NCBI GenBank assembly: GCA_963695875.1
Contig: CAVOID010000010.1
Coordinates: forward strand, 96,001 to 160,000
Length of the DNA stretch: 64,000 nt
Direction: 5' to 3'
Origin: an uncultured delta proteobacterium
GTDB taxonomy: Bacteria > Desulfobacterota > Syntrophia > Syntrophales > UBA2185
Part shown: piece after piece, positions 11,216 through 22,172 of the stretch
How the letters are laid out: each line of letters starts with the position of its first letter
Numbering within the stretch: the first letter of the stretch is position 1
Position numbers and translations under genes: made by a program
The notes under the pieces: generated by a model
What the model saw: only the letters and a program-made list of their open reading frames with translations
Told to the model about the DNA's origin: nothing
The model's database searches: none

Positions 11216-11583
11216 GGATAAGTCTCCGTTGGAACGTTAGAAGGTTGTTATCTAGCAAGTCTATTTTCTTAGCTCGCTCAATAGAAGGGACCGTTTCTGA
11301 TTTACATAAACTACTTATAAACGAGAGACCGGATTGTGATAAAAATACTGCGACGGAAAAAATGTTCGTATTTGTAACAATATTTTGATCCTGCGACAAG
11401 ACATCTGCAGGTTGTTCATTTCAATTCAATGAGATTACGACTTTACGGATAAATACGGTAGGATTAGTAGCACGGTCCATCCGATATTTCAAGACATAAA
11501 TGCCTCGCCCATCAACATATGATTGGCTTCTCCCCTATTATCATCCACCCATACAGCGATGCATTTTGAAAAAAGGTAAAGTG

Positions 11584-12183
11584 CTAAAGTTTACTGGCAA
11601 CTGCGTCGTCGATGACTGGTTCTTGCTGTTTGAAAATCCTGGCAAAGAAATCTTGCCTCTGCTTCGGAATGTACATTGCACCTTCGTAGTCAATGATCAG
11701 CTTACCCTCCAGATGATCAATTTCATGTTGTGCAACGCGGGCGAGGTAATCCGTATAGCGCTTGCTTATTTTACGCCCACTCTTATCATATGCCCGGATT
11801 TTTATTTCGGGAAATCTGCTTACCTCGACCTGGATTTCCGGACATGAGAGACATCCCTCTGCCATCGTTACCAATTCTCCCCGGGTCTGGGTTATCCTGG
11901 GATTGACTAAAACATCATAGTCACTTTCGCTCTTTGACCAGTCTTTCTCGTTAAAACTTTTGTTTCTGAAGATAATTATTTTTTTACTTATACCTATTTG
12001 CGGAGCCGCCAGACCTGCGGCTTCATCCAACGCAAGGAAGGCATCGATGAGTTTTTTAATGTCCCTTTTTCTTGCTTCGTCAAAGGGAGCCGCTATATCT
12101 GCACAAGGGTTCCTCAGGACGAGCATCTCTCCTTCATTTATTCCGTCATTGTTCCACACTGTTAAAATTTTTCCCTTGGACAT
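11584..12183 (-). CDS. def: Peptide deformylase
   Basis: GLAAPQIG, EGCLS and QHEIDH. Confidence 0.93.
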   Translation of the reverse strand: MSKGKILTVWNNDGINEGEMLVLRNPCADIAAPFDEARKRDIKKLIDAFLALDEAAGLAAPQIGISKKIIIFRNKSFNEKDWSKSESDYDVLVNPRITQTRGELVTMAEGCLSCPEIQVEVSRFPEIKIRAYDKSGRKISKRYTDYLARVAQHEIDHLEGKLIIDYEGAMYIPKQRQDFFARIFKQQEPVIDDAVASKL

Positions 12184-12345
12184 GACTTTCCCTCGATAAT
12201 GTTTGTTTTATTGACTAATATAACATCTCCGGTCCATTATTTCAAGGAACTACCGATTTTCAAATATCCTTGCTAAATGAATGGATGTCTGTTAGTTTTT
12301 CGGCGTTGCTTTAACGCAGGAAAACACATAAATACGAGTATCACC

Positions 12346-13584
12346 TTGATAAACACCATCATCACCAGAAAGACGAGGCAAGAATTTGCCAGACTTATGC
12401 AATTTGAAAATGGAGGGTTACCAGGAATAAATCCTGGCAACACGGCGAAATTACCTCTTCTGTATATCCATATCCCCTTCTGCGAAAAACTTTGTCCTTA
12501 CTGTTCATTCCACCGTGTTGTGTTTGACGGCACCCTTTGCCGTGACTATTTTGTCGCCCTCAGGGGCGAGATCATGTTGTATAAAAATAAAGGATATGAT
12601 TTCAGCGGCATTTACGTGGGAGGAGGAACGCCCACTATCCTGATGGAAGAACTTGAAAAAACGCTTGAACTGGCAAGAGAATGTTTCTCAATCCGCCAAA
12701 TCTCTGTCGAAACTAATCCGAATCATCTGACGGACAGAAATATTAGAGTGCTCAAACGCATTGGTGTTAACCGCCTTTCCGTGGGAGTACAAAGCTTTGA
12801 CGACAATCTTCTCAGAAACATGGATCGATACGAAAAGTACGGGAGTGGTGAACTTATAGCAAAGCAACTATCGCAGACTCTGGGATATTTTGATACCCTA
12901 AACGCGGATATGATGTTCAATTTTCCATCCCAGACCATGACCATGCTGGACAGAGACCTGAATATGTTGATGGAAATAGGGATAGATCAGATTACATACT
13001 ACCCCCTGATGGTTTCAGATTTGACACGGCAGACAGTTAGCGAAAAATTCGGGCATGTCGATTACAGCAAAGAGGAACAGTTTTACCACCGGATTGTGGA
13101 GCGGCTGGTCCCAACATACCGGCACTCGTCAGCATGGTGCTTCTCAAAAAAAGCCGCCATGATCGATGAGTATATTGTTGACTACGATGAATACGCCGGC
13201 CTCGGAAGTGGTTCTATCGGATATTTAAACGGCACATGTTACGCTAATACCTTTAATATAGTGGAATACATCACCCGGATTAAGCGGGGTGAAATGCCCA
13301 TAATGGCATTCCGTAATTTCCTTCTTAAAGATCAGTTGCGCTATGATTTCCTCATGAAACTATTCGGTATGAAAATGGATATTCCGTCATTGAAAAAAAA
13401 GTACGGGGGAATTTTTTATCGGGCTCAGTGGTTCAATATACTTGCATTTATCCTCGCAGGTGCTTTACAGTATCGCTCACCTTATTTTCTTCTGACAAAG
13501 CGAGGATGCTATCATTGGGTGATCATGATGAGGGAGTTTTTTATAGCAGTTAATAATTTCCGTGATTTTTGCAGGTCAAGGTAA
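12346..13584 (+). CDS. HemN-like class C radical SAM enzyme, probable MenK/MqnK-type menaquinone methyltransferase (start uncertain)
   Basis: YIHIPFCEKLCPYC, GGGTP, QITYYPLM and C-terminal MMREFF..VNNFR. Confidence 0.75.
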   Translation: MINTIITRKTRQEFARLMQFENGGLPGINPGNTAKLPLLYIHIPFCEKLCPYCSFHRVVFDGTLCRDYFVALRGEIMLYKNKGYDFSGIYVGGGTPTILMEELEKTLELARECFSIRQISVETNPNHLTDRNIRVLKRIGVNRLSVGVQSFDDNLLRNMDRYEKYGSGELIAKQLSQTLGYFDTLNADMMFNFPSQTMTMLDRDLNMLMEIGIDQITYYPLMVSDLTRQTVSEKFGHVDYSKEEQFYHRIVERLVPTYRHSSAWCFSKKAAMIDEYIVDYDEYAGLGSGSIGYLNGTCYANTFNIVEYITRIKRGEMPIMAFRNFLLKDQLRYDFLMKLFGMKMDIPSLKKKYGGIFYRAQWFNILAFILAGALQYRSPYFLLTKRGCYHWVIMMREFFIAVNNFRDFCRSR

Positions 13585-13591
13585 AAGAAAT

Positions 13592-15022
13592 ATGAAAAAA
13601 CAAAAAATGGATGACCACAGAAAGACATTGTTGAGGGACTTGCCGAAGATAGACGAGGTAATGCTTTCTCTGGAGAAACATGATTTCTTTGCAAGAACCC
13701 CCAGAAATATTGTCAAATCTGTTTGCCGCTCCGTGGTGGAGGAACTGAGGCAGGAGATCCTGAGAACGAATAAGGAGGCAAAAAACATACGACTGCCTAA
13801 GGCCGTACAGGTTGCTGATAAGGTAACAGAAATAATAGAGAGCCTTCATCGGTACCACCTGCGCAAGGTAGTAAACGCAACAGGAGTAATTTTGCACACC
13901 AACCTGGGTAGAGCGCCTCTCTGTACCGATGCACTGCAAAGGCTTGTTGAAATAGCCGGAGGTTATTCAAATCTGGAATATGATCTTAAGAAAGGGGAGA
14001 GAGGACTCCGATATGATCATGTTCAGAAGATTCTATGTGAGCTATCCGGTGCGGAAGATACGTTAGTCGTAAATAATAATGCCGCAGCCGTGCTGCTCGC
14101 TCTCAACACCCTAGCTGAAGGGAGAGAGGTGATTGTATCAAGAGGGGAGCTTGTCGAAATTGGAGGTGAATTCCGAATTCCGGAAGTCATGGAGAAAAGC
14201 GGTGCACGCCTCCGGGAAGTGGGAACAACGAACCGAACACGCATTACGGATTATAAAAAGGTAATTGGTCCGGAAACTGGGCTTATTCTGAAGGTACACA
14301 CAAGTAATTTTAGAATCGTCGGTTTTACAGAAGATACAGATCTCACCTCACTCGTTGCCCTGGGTAAAAACCACGGCATACCCGTGATGTATGATCTGGG
14401 GAGCGGCTGCATCACTGAATTAAATCGTTACGGTCTGGAGAGGGAACCAACCGTCGGTGATGTGTTAAAAACAGGTGTAGATGTAATCACCTTCAGTGGT
14501 GACAAGCTCTTGGGTGGCCCGCAGGCGGGCATTATTCTCGGAAAGAATGACATTCTGCAGAAAATCAAGAAAAATCCCCTCAACCGGGCACTCCGTATCG
14601 ACAAATTGACCCTGGCTGCTTTAGAGGCAACAATGATGCAATACCTCCAGCCGGAAAGAGCCGTCAGTAGTCTCAGGGTTCTGAAGGCATTGACTGAACC
14701 GCTTACAGATGTTAATAAACGGGCAAAGAAGCTCCTGTCTCTGTTACGAAAGGAACATCTTGAAGGATTTCTGCTGTCTTTGAAAAAAGGATTTTCCATG
14801 TCGGGAGGGGGATCCCTTCCCACCCAGGAGATTCCTACAATGTTACTCAGTGTCGTATCAAAGCGCATGTCACCAAGCAGCATTGAAGACTGCTTAAGGT
14901 GCCTTGACATTCCGATAATTGCGCGCATTGCGGAAGATGAAGTTCTCTTTGACCTGAGAACTATTGAGGAGGAAGAATTCACATACGTAAGGGACGGCCT
15001 AAAAAGAATCGCCTCATCATAA
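13592..15022 (+). CDS. selA: L-seryl-tRNA(Sec) selenium transferase
   Basis: NATGVILHTNLGRA, VNNNAAA, SGDKLLGGPQAG and GGGSLP. Confidence 0.96.
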   Translation: MKKQKMDDHRKTLLRDLPKIDEVMLSLEKHDFFARTPRNIVKSVCRSVVEELRQEILRTNKEAKNIRLPKAVQVADKVTEIIESLHRYHLRKVVNATGVILHTNLGRAPLCTDALQRLVEIAGGYSNLEYDLKKGERGLRYDHVQKILCELSGAEDTLVVNNNAAAVLLALNTLAEGREVIVSRGELVEIGGEFRIPEVMEKSGARLREVGTTNRTRITDYKKVIGPETGLILKVHTSNFRIVGFTEDTDLTSLVALGKNHGIPVMYDLGSGCITELNRYGLEREPTVGDVLKTGVDVITFSGDKLLGGPQAGIILGKNDILQKIKKNPLNRALRIDKLTLAALEATMMQYLQPERAVSSLRVLKALTEPLTDVNKRAKKLLSLLRKEHLEGFLLSLKKGFSMSGGGSLPTQEIPTMLLSVVSKRMSPSSIEDCLRCLDIPIIARIAEDEVLFDLRTIEEEEFTYVRDGLKRIASS

Positions 15023-15033
15023 AGGATGAACCG

Positions 15034-16008
15034 ATGGATTCTCAGAGAGGAAAAATCTATGAATTCATCGTTGCTTTATACGAAGCAGGTTTAAGGCTTG
15101 ATATTTATCTTTCCCGGAAGGATATAGGCTTATCCCGCTCTCAGATCAAGAAGTCCGTGGATGATGGCTTGGTCCGGGTGAATCATGCAAATACCAAGGT
15201 CAGCTACAGATTAAAGTGTGGGGACATTATTCAAATCAGCATACGTGAGCCGACCGTCTATCACGCGCTACCACAGGACATTCCGCTCTGCATTGTATAT
15301 GAAGATCCTTCTATTCTTGTAGTTGATAAACCGGCAGGAATGGTCGTGCATCCTTCGGCAGGGCATTCTCAAGACACTTTGGTCAATGCCATCCTTCATC
15401 ACTGCAAAGACCTTTCCGGCATCGGCGGTGTACTAAGGCCTGGAATTGTTCATCGACTGGATAAAGGGACATCCGGGTTGCTGGTGGTGGCCAAATCGGA
15501 TGAGGCGCACCAGGGATTGGCCGGTCAGTTCAAGCAGCACGAGGTTCGTAAGACATACAAAGCCGTGGTATATGGAAATCCCAAGAAGGATGAGGACATA
15601 ATCGATGCGCCTGTGGGCAGGCATCCAGTGGATCGAAAGAAGATGTCCACAAAGAGCCGGCGAGGCAAGGATGCACTTACGCACTGGCGGGTCCTTGAGC
15701 GATACGGAGTGGTAACCCTGTTAAATGTGGAAATTGTAACGGGAAGAACACACCAGATCAGGGTACACCTGACAGCCTTGAATTATCCTGTGGTGGGAGA
15801 CAGCATGTACGGAAACCCTAAGCGTGCAAACGCAATTGGTGACACCTTTTTAAGAGCAAAGCTGAAAGCAATGAAAAGGCAGGCCCTCCATGCGGCGCAT
15901 ATCAGTTTCGTCCATCCCATCACCCATCAGGATATGGCCTTTTCATCTCCCTTGCCGGATGATATGGCGGAGTTATGTAACTTTCTCAAGGAATACAAAA
16001 AGAAATAG
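15034..16008 (+). CDS. rluD: RluA/RluD-family pseudouridine synthase
   Basis: S4-like N-terminus, HRLDKGTSG and TGRTHQIRVH. Confidence 0.9.
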   Translation: MDSQRGKIYEFIVALYEAGLRLDIYLSRKDIGLSRSQIKKSVDDGLVRVNHANTKVSYRLKCGDIIQISIREPTVYHALPQDIPLCIVYEDPSILVVDKPAGMVVHPSAGHSQDTLVNAILHHCKDLSGIGGVLRPGIVHRLDKGTSGLLVVAKSDEAHQGLAGQFKQHEVRKTYKAVVYGNPKKDEDIIDAPVGRHPVDRKKMSTKSRRGKDALTHWRVLERYGVVTLLNVEIVTGRTHQIRVHLTALNYPVVGDSMYGNPKRANAIGDTFLRAKLKAMKRQALHAAHISFVHPITHQDMAFSSPLPDDMAELCNFLKEYKKK

Positions 16009-16011
16009 CTC

Positions 16012-16743
16012 ATGCATCTCAAGAGTGTGACCTTTCATCAATTGAAATATCCAACAAAGGATATTTATCCTTTTAATTTATCCGTCTTTCAACAAACGAA
16101 ACATATAACCTTTGATGCCCAAGTGTCATTTTTTGTTGGCGAAAACGGATCGGGAAAATCAACATTATTAAAGGCTATGTCCCGTTCATGTGGTATCCAC
16201 ATATGGCAGGAACCTGAAAGAACGCGCTTCAATCGCAATCAATATGAAGACAAATTCTGCGATTACCTTACGATTCAATGGACGGATGGCAGTGTGCCGG
16301 GATCTTTTTTTGGCTCAGACATCTTCCATCACTTTACACAGATCCTTGACGAGTGGGCGGCAGCAGATCCCGGTCAACTCATGTATTTTGGCGGCAAATC
16401 ATTGATGACGCAGTCTCATGGCGAGTCCCTGATGTCATTTTTCAGATCACGTTACCAAATTAAAGGTCTCTATTTATTGGACGAACCGGAAACGGCACTT
16501 TCTCCGCGCAGTCAGCTTGCATTACTTGAATTATTGATGGATACAGATGGTACTGATCGTGCTCAATTCATTGTTGCAACACACTCTCCGATACTTCTGG
16601 CATGTCCCCGCGCATCGATATATAGTTTTGATTACAGCCCCATAAAAGAGGTCCGATACGAAGAGACGGAACACTACCGGATTTATAAAGAATTTCTGGA
16701 GAATAGGACGAATTACATGCAGCAATTGAGACGGGCAGAATAA
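16012..16743 (+). CDS. Predicted ABC/AAA-type ATPase
   Basis: GENGSGKST, SHGES, LLDEPE and ATHSPIL. Confidence 0.88.
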   Translation: MHLKSVTFHQLKYPTKDIYPFNLSVFQQTKHITFDAQVSFFVGENGSGKSTLLKAMSRSCGIHIWQEPERTRFNRNQYEDKFCDYLTIQWTDGSVPGSFFGSDIFHHFTQILDEWAAADPGQLMYFGGKSLMTQSHGESLMSFFRSRYQIKGLYLLDEPETALSPRSQLALLELLMDTDGTDRAQFIVATHSPILLACPRASIYSFDYSPIKEVRYEETEHYRIYKEFLENRTNYMQQLRRAE

Positions 16744-16926
16744 CCTTTCAGTAAGGGCTGTACACTGAATACGGATGATATGGTACTAAAGTATTCTTTA
16801 TGCACCTCCGATAAATAATAGGAAATAGAATAAAGAAATAAGGATGGTAAGCCCGGCCACATTTTGTAAAATAGACTTCTCCATTTCAAAATATCATGAC
16901 AAAATCCTTGTCGGGAAAGTATAAAT

Positions 16927-17640
16927 ATGGAAGATCGAGAGAAAACCGAAGAGCTGCTGATTAAAGAAATTAGCGATTTAAAGAATCGAATTGCTGAGCT
17001 GGAAGAGGCGGAAACTGAGCTTAAGCGAGCCGAGGAAACCCTCTCGTATAACCTTGAAAAGTTAAGGAGAGCGACAAGGTTTATCATTGACGTCATAGTA
17101 ATGGCTGTGGAGACAAGAGATCCTTATACGTCCGGACATCAAAAAAGGGTTACGGATCTCGCCCGATCTATTGCAACGGAGATGAAGTTATCTGCGGAAA
17201 TTATTGACGGCATCCGTATGGCAAGCTTAATCCATGATTTGGGAAAAATATCGATACCGGCGGAAATACTTGGACTACCTCGATACCTCAATAATGTTGA
17301 ATATAGTATTGTAAAAACTCACCCGGAGATAGGTTACCAGATATTGAAGGATATAGACTTTTCCAGTCCTGTCGCTCTAATCGTATATCAACATCATGAA
17401 CGGATGAATGGTAGCGGCTATCCGCAGGGTATCAGGGGAGAAGAAATCCTTCTGGAGGCGAGAATCCTGGCGGTGGCCGACGTTGTTGAGGCAATATGCA
17501 CTCATCGGCCTTACAGACCGGCGCTGGGTATAGATAAAGCATTGAAGGAGATATCTCAACACAGCGGTATCCTCTATGATCCGGAAGTGGTAGATGTTTG
17601 CATAAAACTGTTCAGGGAAGAAATGTTTAAATTTAAATAA
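16927..17640 (+). CDS. HD-GYP cyclic-dinucleotide phosphodiesterase
   Basis: RDPYTSGHQ, HDLGK and HHERMNGSGYP; coiled-coil N-terminus. Confidence 0.92.
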   Translation: MEDREKTEELLIKEISDLKNRIAELEEAETELKRAEETLSYNLEKLRRATRFIIDVIVMAVETRDPYTSGHQKRVTDLARSIATEMKLSAEIIDGIRMASLIHDLGKISIPAEILGLPRYLNNVEYSIVKTHPEIGYQILKDIDFSSPVALIVYQHHERMNGSGYPQGIRGEEILLEARILAVADVVEAICTHRPYRPALGIDKALKEISQHSGILYDPEVVDVCIKLFREEMFKFK

Positions 17641-17691
17641 GGTGGCGTCGAGATTCCTTTCAACGAACTGTCCGTCAACTCAGATTTTGAC

Positions 17692-17795
17692 TGGGAGCGC
17701 ATCCCGCAAGTCCCGCCTTGTAGGCGGGGAGAAGGGGTGCAATGTAAGCATAGTTTCCTTTCCGGGAAGCCCCGCCCTGTGGGCGGGGAGCTTCA
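17692..17795 (+). mobile_element. Non-autonomous IS200/IS605-like miniature element (PATE-like)
   Basis: Two related hairpins CCCGCC..GGCGGGGAG; preceded by TTGAC and ending GGGGAGCTTCA; no coding capacity. Confidence 0.6.
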
Positions 17796-17817
17796 ATTTT
17801 ACAATTAATAGTTACTT

Positions 17818-18621
17818 ATGTTCCGGTTCTCGAAAAAAGGTACTGTAGAGTATTTAGAAGCAACTGCATTTAGTGAGTTCGATTTTCTGACTCATGCCTT
17901 TTGTACTCGGCGAGGCGGAATAAGCGAAGGCAAATTTTTCAGCTTGAATTTCAGTTCACGAGAAGGAGACAGCATTGAGAATGTCCGACAGAATTGGAAA
18001 ATCCTCGCCACAGCATTCAATCTTGAGATGGAACAGTTTTTTGTAGTCAATCAAGTTCACGGAGACAGGATTCTGATAATCGACCATAATGCTGGGGATT
18101 TTATAAGTCATCAGCCTTATCAGTGCGATGCCATTATAACCAATCAGCCAGGACTGGCAATCGGCATCAAAACAGCAGATTGTGTACCCATTTTGTTTCT
18201 AGATAAGATAAAGCGAATCGTTGGGGTTGCTCACGCCGGGTGGAAGGGAACCTCTTTGAGCATTGCCGCAAAGGTTGTTGATACCTTTGTGAAAAAATTA
18301 TTGTGTCGTGCAGATGATATAATAGCGGTTATCGGCCCAGCCATCGGCCCTTGTTGCTATCAAGTGGATGAGGTTGTTTTTAACTCAATGAAAGGAGACA
18401 AAGACCGGGAGTCTTTTCTTAGTCCCTGTTGTATGCAAGGACGCTGGATGCTTGATCTACCCCTTGCCAACAGGCTCCAGATTATCAGTAGCGGCATTCT
18501 CCCGACAAATGTATACACAACCGACTATTGCACTTCCTGCAATACAGGCATATTTTTCTCCCACAGACGTGAAGGGGGAAATACGGGAAGACAACTCAAT
18601 TTCATAATGCTAGCAGCTTAG
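17818..18621 (+). CDS. pgeF: Peptidoglycan editing factor / YfiH-family protein
   Basis: QVHG, TADCVP, HAGWKG, GPAIGPCCY and FFSHRR. Confidence 0.93.
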   Translation: MFRFSKKGTVEYLEATAFSEFDFLTHAFCTRRGGISEGKFFSLNFSSREGDSIENVRQNWKILATAFNLEMEQFFVVNQVHGDRILIIDHNAGDFISHQPYQCDAIITNQPGLAIGIKTADCVPILFLDKIKRIVGVAHAGWKGTSLSIAAKVVDTFVKKLLCRADDIIAVIGPAIGPCCYQVDEVVFNSMKGDKDRESFLSPCCMQGRWMLDLPLANRLQIISSGILPTNVYTTDYCTSCNTGIFFSHRREGGNTGRQLNFIMLAA

Positions 18622-18793
18622 TTAGTCCCATGCTGTCCTGAAAGAAAATGCCTTTATAACATTTCCAATTAATGGATTTATTGCGGAGTTAACCCTGAGT
18701 ATGCACGAAAAGCCCGTAATCACTATATCGGGGAGTTTACCAGAGGCAAAATGCAAAGGGTTGTTTTGAAATAATCCGTTACTTAAAAAATAC

Positions 18794-18822
18794 TTGACAT
18801 AGTTAATGGGTTGTTATAAATT
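18794..18822 (+). promoter_or_regulatory. Putative sigma70 promoter of rho
   Basis: TTGACA-N17-TAAATT. Confidence 0.55.
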
Positions 18823-19044
18823 GCAAAAAAATCATAGAAAGGCTTAAATAAAGTCCTTCCTTTTGGATTGTCTCAATAACCCATTTTTACAACTCATTAG
18901 TAATCCACGTTATTCTTTATAATTTCGCTTTATGTTAAATCTGCCATACTTTCATTGATGAATGTGGCCCGGGATTAAGAATCGGGAACCTTAATGGGTA
19001 TTTATTAAATTACATAGAAAGAGGTACGTACAAGAGAACTGATT

Positions 19045-20292
19045 ATGAACATCGAAGAAATCAAAAGATTACCAATTAGTGAGCTTACAAATATGGCAAA
19101 AGATTTGAGTGTTGCCGGCGCGAGCGGCATGAGAAGACAGGATCTTATCTTTGCCATACTGCAAACCCAGGCCGAGAAGAACGAGAGCATAACGGGTTCT
19201 GGGGTTCTGGAAATCCTCCCTGACAGTTTTGGTTTCCTAAGAGCTGTCGATTACAACTATCTCCCAAGTCCAGATGATATCTATATCTCGCCGTCACAAA
19301 TCCGGAGATTTAGTTTGAGGACCGGTGATACAGTTTCGGGTGAGGTCAGACCTCCCAAGGACGGTGAAAAATATTTTGCCCTCCTTAAAGTGGACATGGT
19401 TAATTTTGAAGGTCCCGAGGGGGCCAGAGACAAGATACTGTTCGATAATCTCACGCCCCTCTACCCTGAGGATAAATTGAATCTCGAGGCTGATCCGGAA
19501 AATTATTCGACGAGGATTATGGATCTTTTCACACCTATCGGAAAGGGGCAAAGGGCATTAATTGTATCACCGCCGAGAGCAGGAAAGACGGTACTCCTTA
19601 AGGACATTGCCCATAGCATATCTACCAACCATGAAGAAGTCATACTCATGGTTCTTTTGATTGATGAGCGGCCGGAAGAAGTAACCGACATGCAGCGCAG
19701 TGTAAACGGAGAGGTAATATCATCGACCTTCGATGAACCGGCCACACGGCACGTCCAGGTAGCGGAAATGGTGATTGAGAAGGCGAAGCGTCTCGTCGAG
19801 CATAAAAAGGATGTAGTCATTCTTCTTGACAGCATCACCAGGCTCGCCCGGGCATACAACACTGTGGTTCCTCCCAGTGGTAAAGTCCTATCCGGCGGTG
19901 TTGATTCCAATGCCCTCCATAAACCGAAACGGTTCTTTGGCGCCGCCAGAAATATAGAAAATGGCGGTAGTCTGACCATCATTTCCACAGCCCTCATTGA
20001 TACTGGAAGCAGGATGGATGAAGTGATTTTTGAAGAATTTAAAGGTACGGGTAATATGGAACTACACCTGGACCGCAGGATTGCGGACAGAAGGGTATTC
20101 CCTGCTTTCGACCTCATTCGCTCCGGTACAAGGAAGGAAGAACTCCTGATACCCAAAAGTAATCTTAACAAAATCTGGATATTAAGGCGACTTCTCCAGG
20201 AGATGAACCCCATAGAGGCCATGGATTTTATCGTCGACAAGATACGTAAAACAGAAACAAACCAAGCCTTTTTAAATTCCATGAATCAGTAA
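19045..20292 (+). CDS. rho: Transcription termination factor Rho
   Basis: [22 protein letters not shown] and [11 protein letters not shown]. Confidence 0.98.
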   Translation: MNIEEIKRLPISELTNMAKDLSVAGASGMRRQDLIFAILQTQAEKNESITGSGVLEILPDSFGFLRAVDYNYLPSPDDIYISPSQIRRFSLRTGDTVSGEVRPPKDGEKYFALLKVDMVNFEGPEGARDKILFDNLTPLYPEDKLNLEADPENYSTRIMDLFTPIGKGQRALIVSPPRAGKTVLLKDIAHSISTNHEEVILMVLLIDERPEEVTDMQRSVNGEVISSTFDEPATRHVQVAEMVIEKAKRLVEHKKDVVILLDSITRLARAYNTVVPPSGKVLSGGVDSNALHKPKRFFGAARNIENGGSLTIISTALIDTGSRMDEVIFEEFKGTGNMELHLDRRIADRRVFPAFDLIRSGTRKEELLIPKSNLNKIWILRRLLQEMNPIEAMDFIVDKIRKTETNQAFLNSMNQ

Positions 20293-20398
20293 GGCTCTCC
20301 AAATAACCCGGGGCTTTTTGAAGTGCATTTATACTTGCATTTACGGTGCAAATGATTATAATATATAATAAATATGTGAGGAGGATTATAATTATAAG

Positions 20399-20629
20399 AT
20401 GAAAGAAGGTATTCACCCAGAATATACAATAACGACGATCACCTGCGCGTGTGGAAATGTGATTGAAACCAAGTCCACCAAAAAGGACATAAGAATTGAG
20501 ATATGTTCTCAGTGTCATCCCTTCATGACGGGCAAACAAAAGATCATGGATACGGCAGGCCGGGTAGAAAGATTCAAGAAAAAATATGCCGGTGAATCAG
20601 CAAAAGTCAATAAGGGTAAATCTGCCTGA
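20399..20629 (+). CDS. rpmE: 50S ribosomal protein L31 (Zn-binding type)
   Basis: [13 protein letters not shown] and CSQCHPF. Confidence 0.97.
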   Translation: MKEGIHPEYTITTITCACGNVIETKSTKKDIRIEICSQCHPFMTGKQKIMDTAGRVERFKKKYAGESAKVNKGKSA

Positions 20630-20791
20630 ATTTAAGTGATTATATATCAAAGATACACATTACAGCGTAACACATCCGGAGTAATTCCCCCTCCCACCGA
20701 TGAGCCCTTTGTGCTGATAAGGGCATCGTTGTCCGGTATTCCTTCGCAAAGGCAATTTCTCTAGATTAGGTCTTAGAAAATCTACACGCTC

Positions 20792-20867
20792 TGTCATTGC
20801 AAGGAGCGACGTGGCAATCTTATTCTTATAAATAGATATAAGATTTCTCCCTTAACGCGAAATGACA
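20792..20867 (+). repeat. REP-like palindromic element
   Basis: TGTCATTGC..GTGGCAATCT..AGATTTCTCCCTT..CGAAATGACA. Confidence 0.75.
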
Positions 20868-20906
20868 AAACGGAAAGTCTTTAATTTATAATGTGATAAG
20901 GAAATT

Positions 20907-21977
20907 ATGTTCAGAAAACTGAAAGATATTGAAACAAGATATAAAGACCTGGAAGGGCTTTTAAGCAGTCTCGATCTAGTCGGCAAGCATAACGTCTATC
21001 AAAAATATGCAAAAGAGCATGCCGATCTTCATGACCTTGTCGAAACCTACAGGGAATATGAAAAAACAAGCGCCCGCATCGAAGAAGATCAGATGTTACT
21101 TCGGGGAGATGACGATGAATTGAAAGAAATCGTCAAAGAAGAACTGCCACAACTCAAGGAACATCTTGCGCTTTTAGAGGATAAACTTAAACTTCTTCTC
21201 CTTCCAAAAGATCCGAATGATGACAAGAACGTATTTCTGGAAATCAGGGCCGGCACCGGCGGTGACGAGGCCGGGCTCTTCGCAGGTGATCTCTTCCGCA
21301 TGTATGCCCAGTATGCGGAGAAGTGCCGCTGGAAGGTGGAAGTGATGAGCAGCAGTCCGGCAGGTGGCATGGGTGGATTCAAGGAAATTATCGCTCTTAT
21401 TGAAGGAAAAGGCGCATACAGCAAGTTGAAATATGAAAGCGGTGTACATCGCGTCCAAAGAGTTCCCGTGACGGAGTCCCAGGGACGAATCCATACCTCC
21501 GCAGTTACTGTGGCCATCCTCCCGGAGGCAGAAGAAGTGGAGGTTAACATCGATCCTAATGATCTGCGGGTTGATGTTTATCGTTCCAGTGGCCACGGCG
21601 GACAGAGTGTAAATACGACAGATTCCGCAGTCAGGATCACCCATTTGCCCACCGGTCTTGTTGTAACCTGTCAAGATGAAAAATCCCAGCACAAAAATAA
21701 GGCAAAAGCCATTAAGGTTCTCAGGGCAAGGCTTCTGGATATAATGGTACAGAAGCAGAATACGGAAATCTCCGAATCAAGAAAAACTCAGGTCGGCAGC
21801 GGGGACCGGAGCGAACGGATCAGGACATACAATTTTCCCCAAGCAAGGGTTACGGATCACCGCATCGGCATAACGCTATATAACCTGGAAGCCTTTCTCA
21901 ACGGCGACATTCAGGGTATGTTAGATGCCCTCGCCACGCATTTTCAGGCCGAGGCACTGAAACGATCCATCAGCTAA
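20907..21977 (+). CDS. prfA: Peptide chain release factor 1
   Basis: PVT motif, GGQ and HRVQRVP. Confidence 0.97.
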   Translation: MFRKLKDIETRYKDLEGLLSSLDLVGKHNVYQKYAKEHADLHDLVETYREYEKTSARIEEDQMLLRGDDDELKEIVKEELPQLKEHLALLEDKLKLLLLPKDPNDDKNVFLEIRAGTGGDEAGLFAGDLFRMYAQYAEKCRWKVEVMSSSPAGGMGGFKEIIALIEGKGAYSKLKYESGVHRVQRVPVTESQGRIHTSAVTVAILPEAEEVEVNIDPNDLRVDVYRSSGHGGQSVNTTDSAVRITHLPTGLVVTCQDEKSQHKNKAKAIKVLRARLLDIMVQKQNTEISESRKTQVGSGDRSERIRTYNFPQARVTDHRIGITLYNLEAFLNGDIQGMLDALATHFQAEALKRSIS

Positions 21978-22015
21978 TTCCTATTTTATAGATAAAATTT
22001 GAGAATTTTCCACTT

Positions 22016-22125
22016 TGTCAGTTCGAGTGAAGGGAGAAATCTTATAATCCCTTGATAAATAATAAGATTGCCGCGTCACTTCGCCTTCGCGTTGCCCAGG
22101 GCTTCGGCTTACCCTCGCGATGACG
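22016..22125 (-). repeat. REP-like palindromic element, reverse orientation
   Basis: Minus strand reads GTCATCGCGAG..GACGCGGCAATCTTATT..AGATTTCTCCCTT..CGAACTGACA. Confidence 0.75.
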
Positions 22126-22172
22126 GTAGTCGTAAACTTTATATTTGCAATGACCTTACTGGAAGCAGCCAA

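Noticed and set aside
11216..11580. Glycine riboswitch upstream of gcvT
   Set aside because: The characteristic GGAGA...CCGAAG...CTCAGG elements were not found on the minus strand
19503..20282. Long antisense ORF opposite rho (and similar shadow ORFs elsewhere)
   Set aside because: Antisense shadows of conserved genes with no motifs of their own
22068..22172. N-terminal extension of PrmC
   Set aside because: Arises from reading through a REP-like repeat; GTG at 22173 gives a normal length
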